64,000 bases of DNA from Candidatus Eiseniibacteriota bacterium (GTDB taxonomy: Bacteria > Eisenbacteria > RBG-16-71-46). Both the position numbers and the translations under genes were made by a program. The stretch covers positions 32,001-96,000 of the forward strand of contig JBBRLX010000012.1 of assembly GCA_038231135.1 (NCBI GenBank). The letters run 5' to 3'. The first letter of the stretch is position 1; each line of letters begins with the position of its first letter. Below, in pieces: positions 36,947 to 46,640 of the stretch. The notes beneath the pieces were generated by a model that was given only the letters and a program-made list of their open reading frames with translations, was not told the origin of the DNA and did no database searches.

Positions 36947-38434
36947 CTATTCGGGTCTCAGTAGGAGAGATGGCGCCGACCCCTCCCCCCTGACCGCCGC
37001 CTTCGCGATGCCGCGCAGCATGCCGTCGAAGATCAGGCGGTGGAACGGGTAAACCAGGTACCAATAGAGCAATCCCCAGACACCGAGCGGGTCGAACATG
37101 GCCGTCTGGCGGATGGTGGCGCCGCCCGGGCGCGGGGACACTTCGAACTCGAGCCACGCGCGCCCCGGCAGCCGCATCTCCGCGCTCAGCCGCAGCAGGC
37201 GGCCCGGTTCATACGCCTCCACCCGCCAGAAATCCACCGCGACACCGGGCCGCAGGCGCGCGGCGCCCGGGTGGCCGCGCCGCATTCCCACGCCGCCGAT
37301 CAGCAGGTCGGCGAAACCGCGCAATTGCCAGAGCGCGTTCCACGCATACCATCCGCGGCGCCCGCCGATTGCCGCGATGGGTGCGAATGCCCGCTCGGGC
37401 GGCACGTTGATGTCGATCGATCGCGCGTCGAGCAGGCGATTCCCGAGCCGCACACCCGCCCAGTTCCGACGTGCGCTCGACGACGACACCGAGTCGTACC
37501 AGCTCGTCAGCGCGAACTCGCGATGTTCATTTCGCAGCGCGGCGGCGATTGCCTCGCGCATTCCCATGGGCCGTACCGGGAATTCGCGCCGCGCGGCGTC
37601 GTCCCGGACGATGCTTGGCGAGGTCATGCTGTCGATCAGCCGGCGGCCGGTGCGGGCATAGAGGGGCGTCACGAGGCCGAGCCACAGGCTCGACAGCCGC
37701 GGCGTCAGAAACGGCACCGCGATCATCAGGCGGCGCAGGCCGCGCTGGCGGGCGTATTCGAGCATCAACTCGCGGTACGATACGACGTCGGCGCCGCCTA
37801 TCTCGAACACCCGGCTGGCGGTGAGCGGCAGATCGAGCGCCGCGAGCAGGTACTGGACGAGGTCGCCGATCGCAATCGGCTGCGCCTGCACGCGCACCCA
37901 GCGCGGCGTGATCATCGCGGGCAGCCGTTCGACCAGCGCGCGGATCATCTCGAACGACAAGCTGCCCGATCCGATCACGATCGAGGCGCGCAACTCGATC
38001 GTCGGCACCCCCGAGCGCTGCAGGATGGCACCCACCTCGCGTCGGCTGCGCAGGTGAGGGGACAGCGCAACGTCGTTTCCGCCGAGGCCGCCGAGGTAGA
38101 TGATGCGTTTCACGCCCGCGGCGACGGCGGCGCTCGCGAAGTTCTCTGCGCCCCGCTGCTCTTCGGCCTCGAAGTCGGCGCTCGAACCCAGCGCGTGGAT
38201 CAGGTAGTACGCGGTATCCACGCCGGTGAAGGCACGCTTCAGCGACTCGAAATCGAGCACGTCGCCGGGCACGACTTCGACGCCGACGCCCTCGACATTC
38301 GGGACGAATGCGGGATTGCGAGCCAGGCAACGTACCCGCAGTCCGCGCGCGACCAGTGCCGGCAGCAGCCGGCCGCCGATGTAGCCCGTGGCGCCCGTGA
38401 GGAGCGCGACGCGCGTCGCGGCCGGAGTGCTCAC
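36947..38434 (-). CDS. YbjT-like NAD(P)-binding SDR with C-terminal DUF2867 domain
   Basis: LTGATGYIGGRL, YYLIHAL, SPHLRSR, QPIAIGD; IGGRRGWY, DFWRVE, AEMRLPGRAWLEF, GLLYWY. Confidence 0.9.
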   Translation of the reverse strand: MSTPAATRVALLTGATGYIGGRLLPALVARGLRVRCLARNPAFVPNVEGVGVEVVPGDVLDFESLKRAFTGVDTAYYLIHALGSSADFEAEEQRGAENFASAAVAAGVKRIIYLGGLGGNDVALSPHLRSRREVGAILQRSGVPTIELRASIVIGSGSLSFEMIRALVERLPAMITPRWVRVQAQPIAIGDLVQYLLAALDLPLTASRVFEIGGADVVSYRELMLEYARQRGLRRLMIAVPFLTPRLSSLWLGLVTPLYARTGRRLIDSMTSPSIVRDDAARREFPVRPMGMREAIAAALRNEHREFALTSWYDSVSSSSARRNWAGVRLGNRLLDARSIDINVPPERAFAPIAAIGGRRGWYAWNALWQLRGFADLLIGGVGMRRGHPGAARLRPGVAVDFWRVEAYEPGRLLRLSAEMRLPGRAWLEFEVSPRPGGATIRQTAMFDPLGVWGLLYWYLVYPFHRLIFDGMLRGIAKAAVRGEGSAPSLLLRPE

Positions 38435-38664
38435 AAACGCCCCGGGCGGGGTCGAATCGAGCGTCGAGGGGTCGGCATCAGTGAAGTCCTGAAAGGAGAG
38501 TGAAACAGGAGGGTGCCCAGCGGTCCCTGCTTTGGATGATTCGAACCCGCGACAGGATCACTCCGGCTCGTCTCGTGATGGGCACGTTGGGTAGGCTAAG
38601 ACATCGCGACGCCCGGAATCTCCGCGGCGCCGCCGCAGCAATCCCGCTCCCGGGGAGTCGTTCC

Positions 38665-39276
38665 ATGCCGATCCGCACCAAGACGCCGCCGGCGCCGAAA
38701 GCCGATCGCCGCGTTCGCTGCAGCTGGGCGCGCCCCACGAATCCGCTCTACGTCGCCTACCACGACACCGAATGGGGCGTGCCGTCGCGCGACGATCGCC
38801 ATCTGTTCGAGATGTTGATCCTGGAAGGCGCGCAGGCGGGTTTGAGCTGGGAGACCATTCTCAATCGGCGCGAGTCGTACCGGCGCGCGTTCGCGGGCTT
38901 CGACCCACGGAAGGTGGCGAAGTTCGACGCGGCGAAGCGGCGGGCGCTGCTCGCCGATGCCGGCATCATCCGCAACCGGCTCAAGATCGACGCCGCGATC
39001 GGCAACGCCCAGGCGTTCCTCGAGGTTCAGCGGGAACATGGCAGCTTCGCGAATTGGCTGTGGGAATTCGTGGACGGCAAGCCGCTCCGCAACCGCCCGA
39101 AGGTTCTGCGCGACGTCCGACCCGAGACCGACGTATCGCGCGAGGTCTGCAAGCAGCTTCGCAAGCGCGGCTTCCGGTTCGTGGGACCGACGATCATCTA
39201 CGCCTACATGCAGGCCGTGGGGCTGGTGAACGACCACGTGGTCGGCTGTTTCCGCGAGCGCCAGGTCGGGCGCTGA
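38665..39276 (+). CDS. tag: DNA-3-methyladenine glycosylase I
   Basis: [61 protein letters not shown]. Confidence 0.96.
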   Translation: MPIRTKTPPAPKADRRVRCSWARPTNPLYVAYHDTEWGVPSRDDRHLFEMLILEGAQAGLSWETILNRRESYRRAFAGFDPRKVAKFDAAKRRALLADAGIIRNRLKIDAAIGNAQAFLEVQREHGSFANWLWEFVDGKPLRNRPKVLRDVRPETDVSREVCKQLRKRGFRFVGPTIIYAYMQAVGLVNDHVVGCFRERQVGR

Positions 39277-39334
39277 CCGGGGTGACCGGCGGCGGGCTGC
39301 CTTCGGCCTGCCGTTACGGTACGATGCCACCACC

Positions 39335-40063
39335 ATGACCGCACCCACTCCGCACATATCGGCTCAGCCCGGCGACTTCGCCGAGGCCGTATTGATGCCC
39401 GGCGACCCGTTGCGCGCCGAGCACATCGCGAACAAGTTCCTGACCAAGCCCAGGCGTGTCACCGACGTCCGCAACATGTACGGCTACACCGGCGAGTTCC
39501 GCGGCAAGCGGGTATCGGTGATGGCGCACGGCATGGGCATCCCGTCGTGCTCGATCTACGCGACCGAACTGATCAAGGAGTACGGCGTCAAGACCTTGAT
39601 CCGTGTCGGCAGTTGTGGCGCGCTCGCCGACGACGTGAAGCTGGGCGACGTGATCATCGCGCTCGGCGGCTCGACCGACTCCAAGGTCAACCGGATCCGG
39701 TTCATGGATCACGATTTTGCGGCGATCGCGGATTTCGATCTGGTCGCAGCGTCCGTGAAGGCCGCGGCCACCCACGGCACCCGGGTGCGCGTCGGCAACG
39801 TGTTTTCGTCGGATCTGTTCTACACGCCGCAGGAGGGCATCTTCGACAAGCTCGAAGCGATGGGCGTGCTGGCCGTGGAGATGGAGATCGCCGGGTTGTA
39901 CGGCCTGGCCGCGGAGTTCGCGTCAAAGTACCACTGCCGCGCGCTTGGCATCCTCACCGTGTCCGACCACATCCGCCGCCACGAGAGCCTGTCCGCGGAA
40001 CAACGCCGCAGCGGGTTCGACGCGATGGCGGAGATCGCACTGGAGACCGCGATCGCGGTGTGA
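39335..40063 (+). CDS. deoD: Purine nucleoside phosphorylase (DeoD type)
   Basis: [50 protein letters not shown]. Confidence 0.97.
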   Translation: MTAPTPHISAQPGDFAEAVLMPGDPLRAEHIANKFLTKPRRVTDVRNMYGYTGEFRGKRVSVMAHGMGIPSCSIYATELIKEYGVKTLIRVGSCGALADDVKLGDVIIALGGSTDSKVNRIRFMDHDFAAIADFDLVAASVKAAATHGTRVRVGNVFSSDLFYTPQEGIFDKLEAMGVLAVEMEIAGLYGLAAEFASKYHCRALGILTVSDHIRRHESLSAEQRRSGFDAMAEIALETAIAV

Positions 40064-40105
40064 TCTTTGCGGTGCACCGCATCCGACCCGAGCAGCCAGG
40101 CAGGC

Positions 40106-40498
40106 ATGATTCGCACCAAGTCCGTGAAGTCGCCCATCGAGCCGGCCAGGGACGGACTGCGAGTGCTCGCCACCCGCTTCCGCGGGCGCGGATTGCCCAA
40201 TTCGAGATTCGATGTATGGATGCCGAACCTGGGCCCGAGCGAGGATCTCCTGCGCAGTGTCCTCGACGGCGATGTGAGCTGGGCCGAGTTTCGGCGCCGC
40301 TATTCCCGCGAGCTGTTCGAGTCCGGCTCGATCGACGAGCGCAACGCCACGATCAAGAACCACGGCCAGAAGTTCACGCTGCGGCTGCTGCAGGAACTGG
40401 CCGCGCGCGGCCCGGTGACGCTGCTGTGTCACTGCGACGAGGACGAGCAGCACTGCCATAGGCACGTGCTGAAGGCGATTCTGGAGCGGAACGTGTAG
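40106..40498 (+). CDS. DUF488/YeaO-like protein
   Basis: DGLRVLATRFRGRG, WMPNLGPS, FRRRY..EL, VTLLCHC...CHRHVL. Confidence 0.8.
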   Translation: MIRTKSVKSPIEPARDGLRVLATRFRGRGLPNSRFDVWMPNLGPSEDLLRSVLDGDVSWAEFRRRYSRELFESGSIDERNATIKNHGQKFTLRLLQELAARGPVTLLCHCDEDEQHCHRHVLKAILERNV

Positions 40499-40519
40499 CT
40501 GATACGCGGCCGACCCCAC

Positions 40520-42097
40520 TCACTCCGCCCCGGCGATCGCCTCCAGAAACGCATCGCCATATCGCTCCAGCTTGACCGGCCCCACGCCCGAGATCTGCGC
40601 CATGTCATTGCGCGACTTCGGCGCGTGCGCGGCCATCGCGCGCAGCACGGTGTCGCTGAACACGATGTACGCGGGAACGCCTTCGGCGTCGGCCAGGCGC
40701 TTGCGCACCACGCGCAGCCGCTCGAACAGCTCGGGGTTCTCGATCGCCATGTCGCGGCCGGCGCGCAGGCGCGGTCCGCCCGAGGCTTCGTGGGCGCCCA
40801 CGTGCGCGACCAGGTCGGCGATCGTGGTGCCGCGGCACACGTCGCAGGAGCCGCCGCACGCCTCGATCTCCTCGTCGAAGCACCGCACCAGGCCCTGGTG
40901 CCGGCAGCCCCCGCGGTCGACCAGGCGGAACATGTCGACGGTCTTCTTCTTGGTCTCCTCGCGCACCTCGAAGTCGTCGATGTCGCGCAGGAACGCCTCG
41001 TAGCCGATCACGTCGGCCCACGAGTAGAGCAGTACGCAGTCGCTGTCGAGTCCGTCGCGGCCGGCGCGGCCGATCTCCTGGTACCAGGCCTCCACGCTCT
41101 TCGGCATGTCGCGATGGATCACGAACCGCACGTTGCTCTTGTCGATGCCCATGCCGAACGCGACGGTGGCGACGATCACGTCGACCTCGTCGCGCGCGAA
41201 CGCGTCCTGGCTGCGGGTGCGCTCGGCATCGGGCAGGCCGGCGTGATAGGGCGCGGCCTTCACGCCGCGCTCGCCGAGGAACGTGGTGAGCGAATCCACG
41301 GCGCGGCGGCTCATGCAGTAGACGATGCCGCTCTCGCCCTTGTGCGTCCGGATGATGCCGAGGATGTCGCGCCGCGAATCGCGCTTGGCGGCGCCCTCGC
41401 CGCCCTTGCGGTGGGCGGTGATGTGCAGGTTGGGGCGGTAGAACGAGCCTTTGAAGCCGTCGGGCTTCTGCATACCGAGCTGGCGGATGATGTCACCGAC
41501 CACGCGGCGCGTGGCGGTGGCGGTTAACGCCAGCACCGGAATGTGGCCGCACTCGGACTTGAGGCCCTGGAGCCGCCGGTACGCGGGCCGGAAGTCGTGC
41601 CCCCAATGGCTGATGCAATGTGCTTCGTCCACCACCACGAGGCTGGGCCGGCAGTCGGCGATGATCGAGCGCAGCGAGCCCTCGAGGCCTTCGGGCGCCA
41701 CGTACAGCAGCTCGATCTCGCCGCGGCGCAACGCGGCGAGCCGGCGCTTGCGCTCCTCGAAATCGATCGACGAGTTGAGCACCGTGGCCTTGAACCCGAG
41801 CCGCGTGAGCCCGTCGACCTGGTCCTTCATCAACGAGATCAATGGCGAGATCACGAGCACCGGGCCCGACATCAGCTTGGCCGGGATCTGGAACGTGAGT
41901 GACTTGCCGGCGCCCGTGGGCATCACGCCGATGCAGTCGCGGCCCGCGAGCACGGCATCGATGATCCGGCGCTGTCCGGGGCGGAACTCCGGGTAGCCGA
42001 ACACGGACTCGAGCACCTGCTGGGGGTCATCGAACTTGCGGTCGGCGAGGCTCGCGAACAGCGGCGTGTCGTTCAGCGCGGACAACGGTCCCTCCAT
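40520..42097 (-). CDS. recQ: RecQ family ATP-dependent DNA helicase
   Basis: FGYPEFRPGQ, MPTGAGKS, VDEAHCISHWGHDFRPAY, TATAT, ATVAFGMGIDK, QEIGRAGRDG, Zn-binding CRH..CGGSCDVC and HRDC (VPAYIVFSD). Confidence 0.95.
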   Translation of the reverse strand: MEGPLSALNDTPLFASLADRKFDDPQQVLESVFGYPEFRPGQRRIIDAVLAGRDCIGVMPTGAGKSLTFQIPAKLMSGPVLVISPLISLMKDQVDGLTRLGFKATVLNSSIDFEERKRRLAALRRGEIELLYVAPEGLEGSLRSIIADCRPSLVVVDEAHCISHWGHDFRPAYRRLQGLKSECGHIPVLALTATATRRVVGDIIRQLGMQKPDGFKGSFYRPNLHITAHRKGGEGAAKRDSRRDILGIIRTHKGESGIVYCMSRRAVDSLTTFLGERGVKAAPYHAGLPDAERTRSQDAFARDEVDVIVATVAFGMGIDKSNVRFVIHRDMPKSVEAWYQEIGRAGRDGLDSDCVLLYSWADVIGYEAFLRDIDDFEVREETKKKTVDMFRLVDRGGCRHQGLVRCFDEEIEACGGSCDVCRGTTIADLVAHVGAHEASGGPRLRAGRDMAIENPELFERLRVVRKRLADAEGVPAYIVFSDTVLRAMAAHAPKSRNDMAQISGVGPVKLERYGDAFLEAIAGAE

Positions 42098-42110
42098 GGA
42101 CGGGGCGGCA

Positions 42111-42146
42111 AAGGAAGTGGCCCGCGCGAGGAGCTCGCACGGGCCA
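42111..42146 (-). terminator. Intrinsic terminator after the peptidase gene
   Basis: Minus strand TGGCCCGTGCGAG-CTC-CTCGCGCGGGCCA followed by CTTCCTT. Confidence 0.55.
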
Positions 42147-42174
42147 TCATCCTATCGCAGCGGGCGGGCCGCGC

Positions 42175-45105
42175 CTACCTCACGATCGTAATCTTCCGCG
42201 CCAGCTCCCGGGCGCCGTTCGACAGCCGCACGAAGTACGGCCCCGCGGCCACGCGGTGGCCGCCGTCATCGAGGCCGTTCCACTGGATCGCATGCAATCC
42301 GGCTTCGAGCGCGCCATCCGCGAGCGTTCGCACGGAACGGCCCGACAGGTCGTAGACGCGCAGCGCCACGCGACCCGGGGCGGGCAGCGTAAAGCGCAGT
42401 GTCGTGCGGCCGAACGCGGGGTTCGGCATCGGGGCCGAGAACTCCAGCCCGGCAGCCGCATTCCCGTCGCCGACAGCCAGCGTCGCCGGGAAGTGCAGCA
42501 GCCGGAAGTCGTCGATGCCGGCCTCGACCAGCGAGCCGCCGGCCGAGTCCTGCGCCACGAACCGCATCTTCATGTTCGCGGTGGGCGTGACGTAGTCGTC
42601 GATGAAGAACAGGATGCGCTGCCACGAGCTCGCCGACTCGAGCGTGTTCTCGACCACCACCCAGCTCGCGCCGCCGTTGTTCGAGATGTACGTGCGCCAG
42701 TAGTCGGCGTTGGGTTCGCCACCGAGGGCGTTCGTGTACCAGCGGTAGTACTCGAGCATGGGGTGCTGACCGGCGGTGGCGTCGAACGTGTTCGTGGTCA
42801 GCGTCGTCCTTCCGCCGTCGACGTCGTTGGCCCCCGCGTCATCGCCCACGGTGCCGATGCCGGTGACCCAGCAGAAGATTCCCGGCGCGGGGGTGTGATC
42901 GTCCTCTGGAGCGCACTGCACGCCACCCACGTTCGTTCCGTTGGGGTTCCCGCGCTCCCAGGTCCCGGTGACCGCATTGTCGCCGGGCGCTCCCACCGTC
43001 CAGTGTGGATCGGCGTCCATGTCCTGCAGGAACACGGTCGATGCCGGTCCGGCCAGGAACGTGTACACCGCCCGCGTCGGCGCCACGGCGGGATCGGTCG
43101 TGCCGGCGCCGTAGGTATCCTTCGCCGAGATCCAGTAGTGGACGATGCCGAACTGGAGAAACGGGATCTGCGCGCGGAACTCGTTCGGATTGCCGGTCGG
43201 AGTCATCGTGAGGGTCGTGTAGCCGCCGTTGTTGATCGAGTAGTGCAGCGTCGGTGAATTCGGATCGAGCGTGCCCACGGGGCCCGAATACTGGAACGTT
43301 GCGACCACTGGATATGGGGACGTCCCGTTCTGGTCCGCGAGCGGGGTGTGCGTGATGTGGATGAAGAAGCCGGTGCCGATGCCGTGCGCGTTGAACGCCG
43401 CGACGATCTGCGAGAAGTGTGGCGTGCCGTTGCCGAGGTTCGCATCGTTGTCGTCCACGACCAGCGTCTCTACAAAATAGTCGCTGAACGCGACGCCGTC
43501 GTCGGGGTCGTCGGGCTTGCCGTACTTGGCGAAGTGTTCGAGGTGCGTCGCGAGCGTTATGCCGATCGACTGGCGCAGGTCCCAGAACGCGCCGCCGATG
43601 ATGAGGCCGGTGGCGTGCGGGTCGCCGCTCTCGTTGTCGGGCCAGCGGGCGGTGTTGACGAGGTGGCGCAGCGTGGTGCCGGGGCCGAAGAATCCCTTGC
43701 CGATGTTGGGGTCGTCCTGCAAGAACGCCGCATTCACGTCGGCCATGCCCTCGTGGAGGGCGGCGTTCAGCATGCCGTTCGGCGAGCCCGCGGCCACGTA
43801 CATGTTGTCGTTGATGCCGTGCCCGTACTCGTGATAGATCACGTCGGCGATGGTGCCGGTGTTCACGCAGCCGGCGCCGGCACGAAAGAAGTTGACGCCG
43901 ACGCCGTCCCAGAACGCGTTGCAGGTGGAGTTCACGTTGACCCGCGTGGGCACCGCGTAGTCCATGCCGGTAAATGTGGGGTCCACGCCCTTGATGAACG
44001 CGTGCACGCGGTTCACGTGGTAGTAGGCGTCCCGCTCGGCGTCGTTGGCCTTCGTTCCGTCCCATAGCAGGTTGACGTTGTTCTGGAAATTCGACGCCGA
44101 GGTGGAGATGACACCCGGCGGCGGCAGGTCGTCGTTGATGTCGCAGTAGGTGCCGACCAGGCTGTCGGTCACGATCACGACGCCGGTGGCGGCCGCGGAA
44201 TAGTTGCCCACGGAATCGGTGACGGCGATATTGGGCCCCACGAACACCTTGAGATTCGGCAGATTGACCGTCTCGAGCAGATCGGTGGGCGTGATCGGAT
44301 GGATCGTCGCCGTGACTTTTCCCGAGATGTTGTGGCGCACGCGATCCTGCCGCCACAGCACCTCGCCGGTGTTGGCGTCGACGAGCGTCCACCAGTTGCC
44401 GGGCGGATCCTGCACGAGGACGTGCTCCTCGTAGACCAGCCTGTATTCGGCGGCGCCTTCGCTGCCGTCATTCCAAGGCAGGATCCACGTGCCGCCGTCC
44501 TCGACCTTATCCCGGCCGTCGACGAAATCGAGGCCGGTGTGCGCCGCTTCGCGCGCGGCCGCCCGCACCAGCGCGGGGGTGGTGCGCACCGCGGTGGCCG
44601 GCGAATGCCGGTCGGCGCCGAACATCATGAGGCGGCCGTTCGTGCCGACGCGGAACTCCCAATCCGAGAACAGCACCGGCACACCGTTCAGTGTCTGGCG
44701 ATACCGCGCGTACCACACGTGGCCGTGCTGCCCGACGTTCACCGCCGCGAGTTCCGGCGCGCCGAACAGGTCCGGATTCCCGCGCACGAACGCCCGCACC
44801 GCGCGATCCACAGAATTCGAGTCGTTGGCTGCGCCGGGCAGCGGGATCGATGGCCCGAATGCGCGATGCGGCGATGCCGTACGCCCGTTCCAGTTTGCGA
44901 TCCAGTCACCGTGCTGCGAGCGAAAGCTCTGCCACGCCGGCGACGCATCGAGCAACGCCTGGCGTGCTCCGCCGATCGCCACGGGATGGACGGCCGCCGG
45001 CATCACTTCGCCGCGCGGCACCCGATCGGACAGCGTCGCCGCTCCGGCCGGAACCGCGATCAACGCGAATGCACACAGCGAGGCCAGGCGCATGAATCGG
45101 TGCAC
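42175..45105 (-). CDS. Secreted M4/M36-type zinc metallopeptidase with FTP/PepSY propeptide and C-terminal FlgD-like Ig domain
   Basis: Signal peptide; YRQTLNGVPV; VDANTGEVL; CNAFWDG; VIYHEYGH; ALHEGMAD; C-terminal PNP..RVYDLSGR.VRTL..WNGLDD.G..GPYFVRL. Confidence 0.88.
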   Translation of the reverse strand: MHRFMRLASLCAFALIAVPAGAATLSDRVPRGEVMPAAVHPVAIGGARQALLDASPAWQSFRSQHGDWIANWNGRTASPHRAFGPSIPLPGAANDSNSVDRAVRAFVRGNPDLFGAPELAAVNVGQHGHVWYARYRQTLNGVPVLFSDWEFRVGTNGRLMMFGADRHSPATAVRTTPALVRAAAREAAHTGLDFVDGRDKVEDGGTWILPWNDGSEGAAEYRLVYEEHVLVQDPPGNWWTLVDANTGEVLWRQDRVRHNISGKVTATIHPITPTDLLETVNLPNLKVFVGPNIAVTDSVGNYSAAATGVVIVTDSLVGTYCDINDDLPPPGVISTSASNFQNNVNLLWDGTKANDAERDAYYHVNRVHAFIKGVDPTFTGMDYAVPTRVNVNSTCNAFWDGVGVNFFRAGAGCVNTGTIADVIYHEYGHGINDNMYVAAGSPNGMLNAALHEGMADVNAAFLQDDPNIGKGFFGPGTTLRHLVNTARWPDNESGDPHATGLIIGGAFWDLRQSIGITLATHLEHFAKYGKPDDPDDGVAFSDYFVETLVVDDNDANLGNGTPHFSQIVAAFNAHGIGTGFFIHITHTPLADQNGTSPYPVVATFQYSGPVGTLDPNSPTLHYSINNGGYTTLTMTPTGNPNEFRAQIPFLQFGIVHYWISAKDTYGAGTTDPAVAPTRAVYTFLAGPASTVFLQDMDADPHWTVGAPGDNAVTGTWERGNPNGTNVGGVQCAPEDDHTPAPGIFCWVTGIGTVGDDAGANDVDGGRTTLTTNTFDATAGQHPMLEYYRWYTNALGGEPNADYWRTYISNNGGASWVVVENTLESASSWQRILFFIDDYVTPTANMKMRFVAQDSAGGSLVEAGIDDFRLLHFPATLAVGDGNAAAGLEFSAPMPNPAFGRTTLRFTLPAPGRVALRVYDLSGRSVRTLADGALEAGLHAIQWNGLDDGGHRVAAGPYFVRLSNGARELARKITIVR

Positions 45106-45259
45106 GGGAATCCTCCATGAACTGGAATCGGCGGCGGCGGGTTGCCGCTGCGGATTCGACGCGGCGGATTATCACGCGGGTACGCAGGGGGGCGCCCGGA
45201 GACGGCTGCGTACACAAGTGTGACAGAGGAGGATGGCAGCCTCAACCGTTACCTCTGCG

Positions 45260-45691
45260 TCAGGCCTTGTTGGCGGTTTTGCGGCCCCAGGCGTGGGCGT
45301 CGACGAACGCCTGCACCCGTGCCCGAACCTCATCGCGAATGCGGCGAACAGTGGCCAGCTCCTGCTCGTGAGGGTCCTGGATCGGCCAGTCGTCGCGCTG
45401 GGCGCCCGGCACCACCGGGCACGATTCACCGCAACCCATCGTGATGATCCATGCCGCGCGATAGGCGATCTCGTCGGTCAGGATGCGCGGCCGCTCGCGC
45501 GTGAGATCGAAGCCGATCTCCTTCATCGCCGCCACGACTTCGGGGTGCACTTTCGATCCGGGGTCGGTGCCGGCGCTCACGGCATAGGCGAGCGACGGGT
45601 CGGCCACGCGGTTGAAGAACGCCCCCGCCATGGGGGAGCGCCCACTATTGCGGATGCAGGCGAACACGACTTTGACGGGTCCCATAGGCAT
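45260..45691 (-). CDS. arsC: Arsenate reductase / LMW protein-tyrosine phosphatase family
   Basis: FACIRNSGRS P-loop, SAGTDP, ITMGCGESCPVVPG, DWPIQDP, RRIRDEV. Confidence 0.88.
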   Translation of the reverse strand: MPMGPVKVVFACIRNSGRSPMAGAFFNRVADPSLAYAVSAGTDPGSKVHPEVVAAMKEIGFDLTRERPRILTDEIAYRAAWIITMGCGESCPVVPGAQRDDWPIQDPHEQELATVRRIRDEVRARVQAFVDAHAWGRKTANKA

Positions 45692-45719
45692 GTGGAAAAC
45701 CTACCAGTATGCTGCTCGA

Positions 45720-46640
45720 ATGACCATGCCCGCGGATCACGTGATGTTCGTGGTGCTGGCGATCGTGGGCCCGGTGTGGGCCGCGACCGTCGGCTACCGG
45801 CGGCTCACCGGCGCCGCGCCGGCCGACGCGCCGCGGGTGCGTCGGTCGGTGTACCGCGCCGCGATCCTGCTGCAATGGACCCTCACCGCCGCGGTGGCGG
45901 CGTTGTGGCTCGTGACGGGCAGGCCGTGGGCATCGCTGGGGCTCGTGCCGCGGCCCACGTGGGGACTGTTCGGGGTCGCGCTGGGTACGGCGTTCGTGAT
46001 CGTGTTCGTCGCGCGCCAGCGCGGGCAGGTGCTCGACGACGACGACGCGCTGGCCGAGGTGCGCGAGCGCATGCGGCACGTGGAGCCCATGCTGCCGCGC
46101 ACGACGAGCGAGATGCGCACGTTCGCCCGGCTCGCCATCACTGCGGGCATCTGCGAAGAGGTGCTCTACCGCGGATTCATGATCTTCTACCTCGCCCAGT
46201 TCACCGGCGTGATCACCGCCGCCGTCATCGCCTCGGTGCTGTTCGGCGTCGGGCATGCCTACCAGGGCTGGCGTGGCGTGCTGCTCACCGGCATGGTCGG
46301 GGGGTTCCTGTCCGCGGTGTACCTGGTGTCGGGCTCGCTGTTCGTGCCCATGGTGCTGCACGCGCTGATGGACCTGCATTCCGGGCAACTGGCGCACGTG
46401 GCCCTGGTGCGCGAAGCCGAGCTGCAGGCGGAATGGGAACACGAGTGGCAGGAGCGACAGCGCGCGATGGAGCTGGAGCGGGCGCAAGCACAGGAGCTCG
46501 AGCATGCGGATGACGCAGGCTGGCAGGGGCGTCTGGATTCGGATCCGCAGCACGCTCCACTCACGGAACCGCGCCCGGCCGATGACACTGACACTGACCG
46601 CGGGCTCGATCGCGCCGCCGAAGGAGGGCCGTCCACGTGA
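45720..46640 (+). CDS. CPBP (CAAX protease/Abi) family intramembrane glutamic endopeptidase
   Basis: TAGICEEVLYRG, FGVGHAYQG, LHALMD; charged C-terminal tail. Confidence 0.9.
   Translation: MTMPADHVMFVVLAIVGPVWAATVGYRRLTGAAPADAPRVRRSVYRAAILLQWTLTAAVAALWLVTGRPWASLGLVPRPTWGLFGVALGTAFVIVFVARQRGQVLDDDDALAEVRERMRHVEPMLPRTTSEMRTFARLAITAGICEEVLYRGFMIFYLAQFTGVITAAVIASVLFGVGHAYQGWRGVLLTGMVGGFLSAVYLVSGSLFVPMVLHALMDLHSGQLAHVALVREAELQAEWEHEWQERQRAMELERAQAQELEHADDAGWQGRLDSDPQHAPLTEPRPADDTDTDRGLDRAAEGGPST

Noticed and set aside
38478..38560. Hammerhead-like (GTGAAGTCCTGAAAGGA..GAAAC) and tRNA T-loop-like (GGGTTCGAATC, minus strand) strings in the ybjT-tag intergenic region
   Set aside because: The CUGANGA core and closing stems are not satisfied, the T-stem does not pair, and no cloverleaf can be built.
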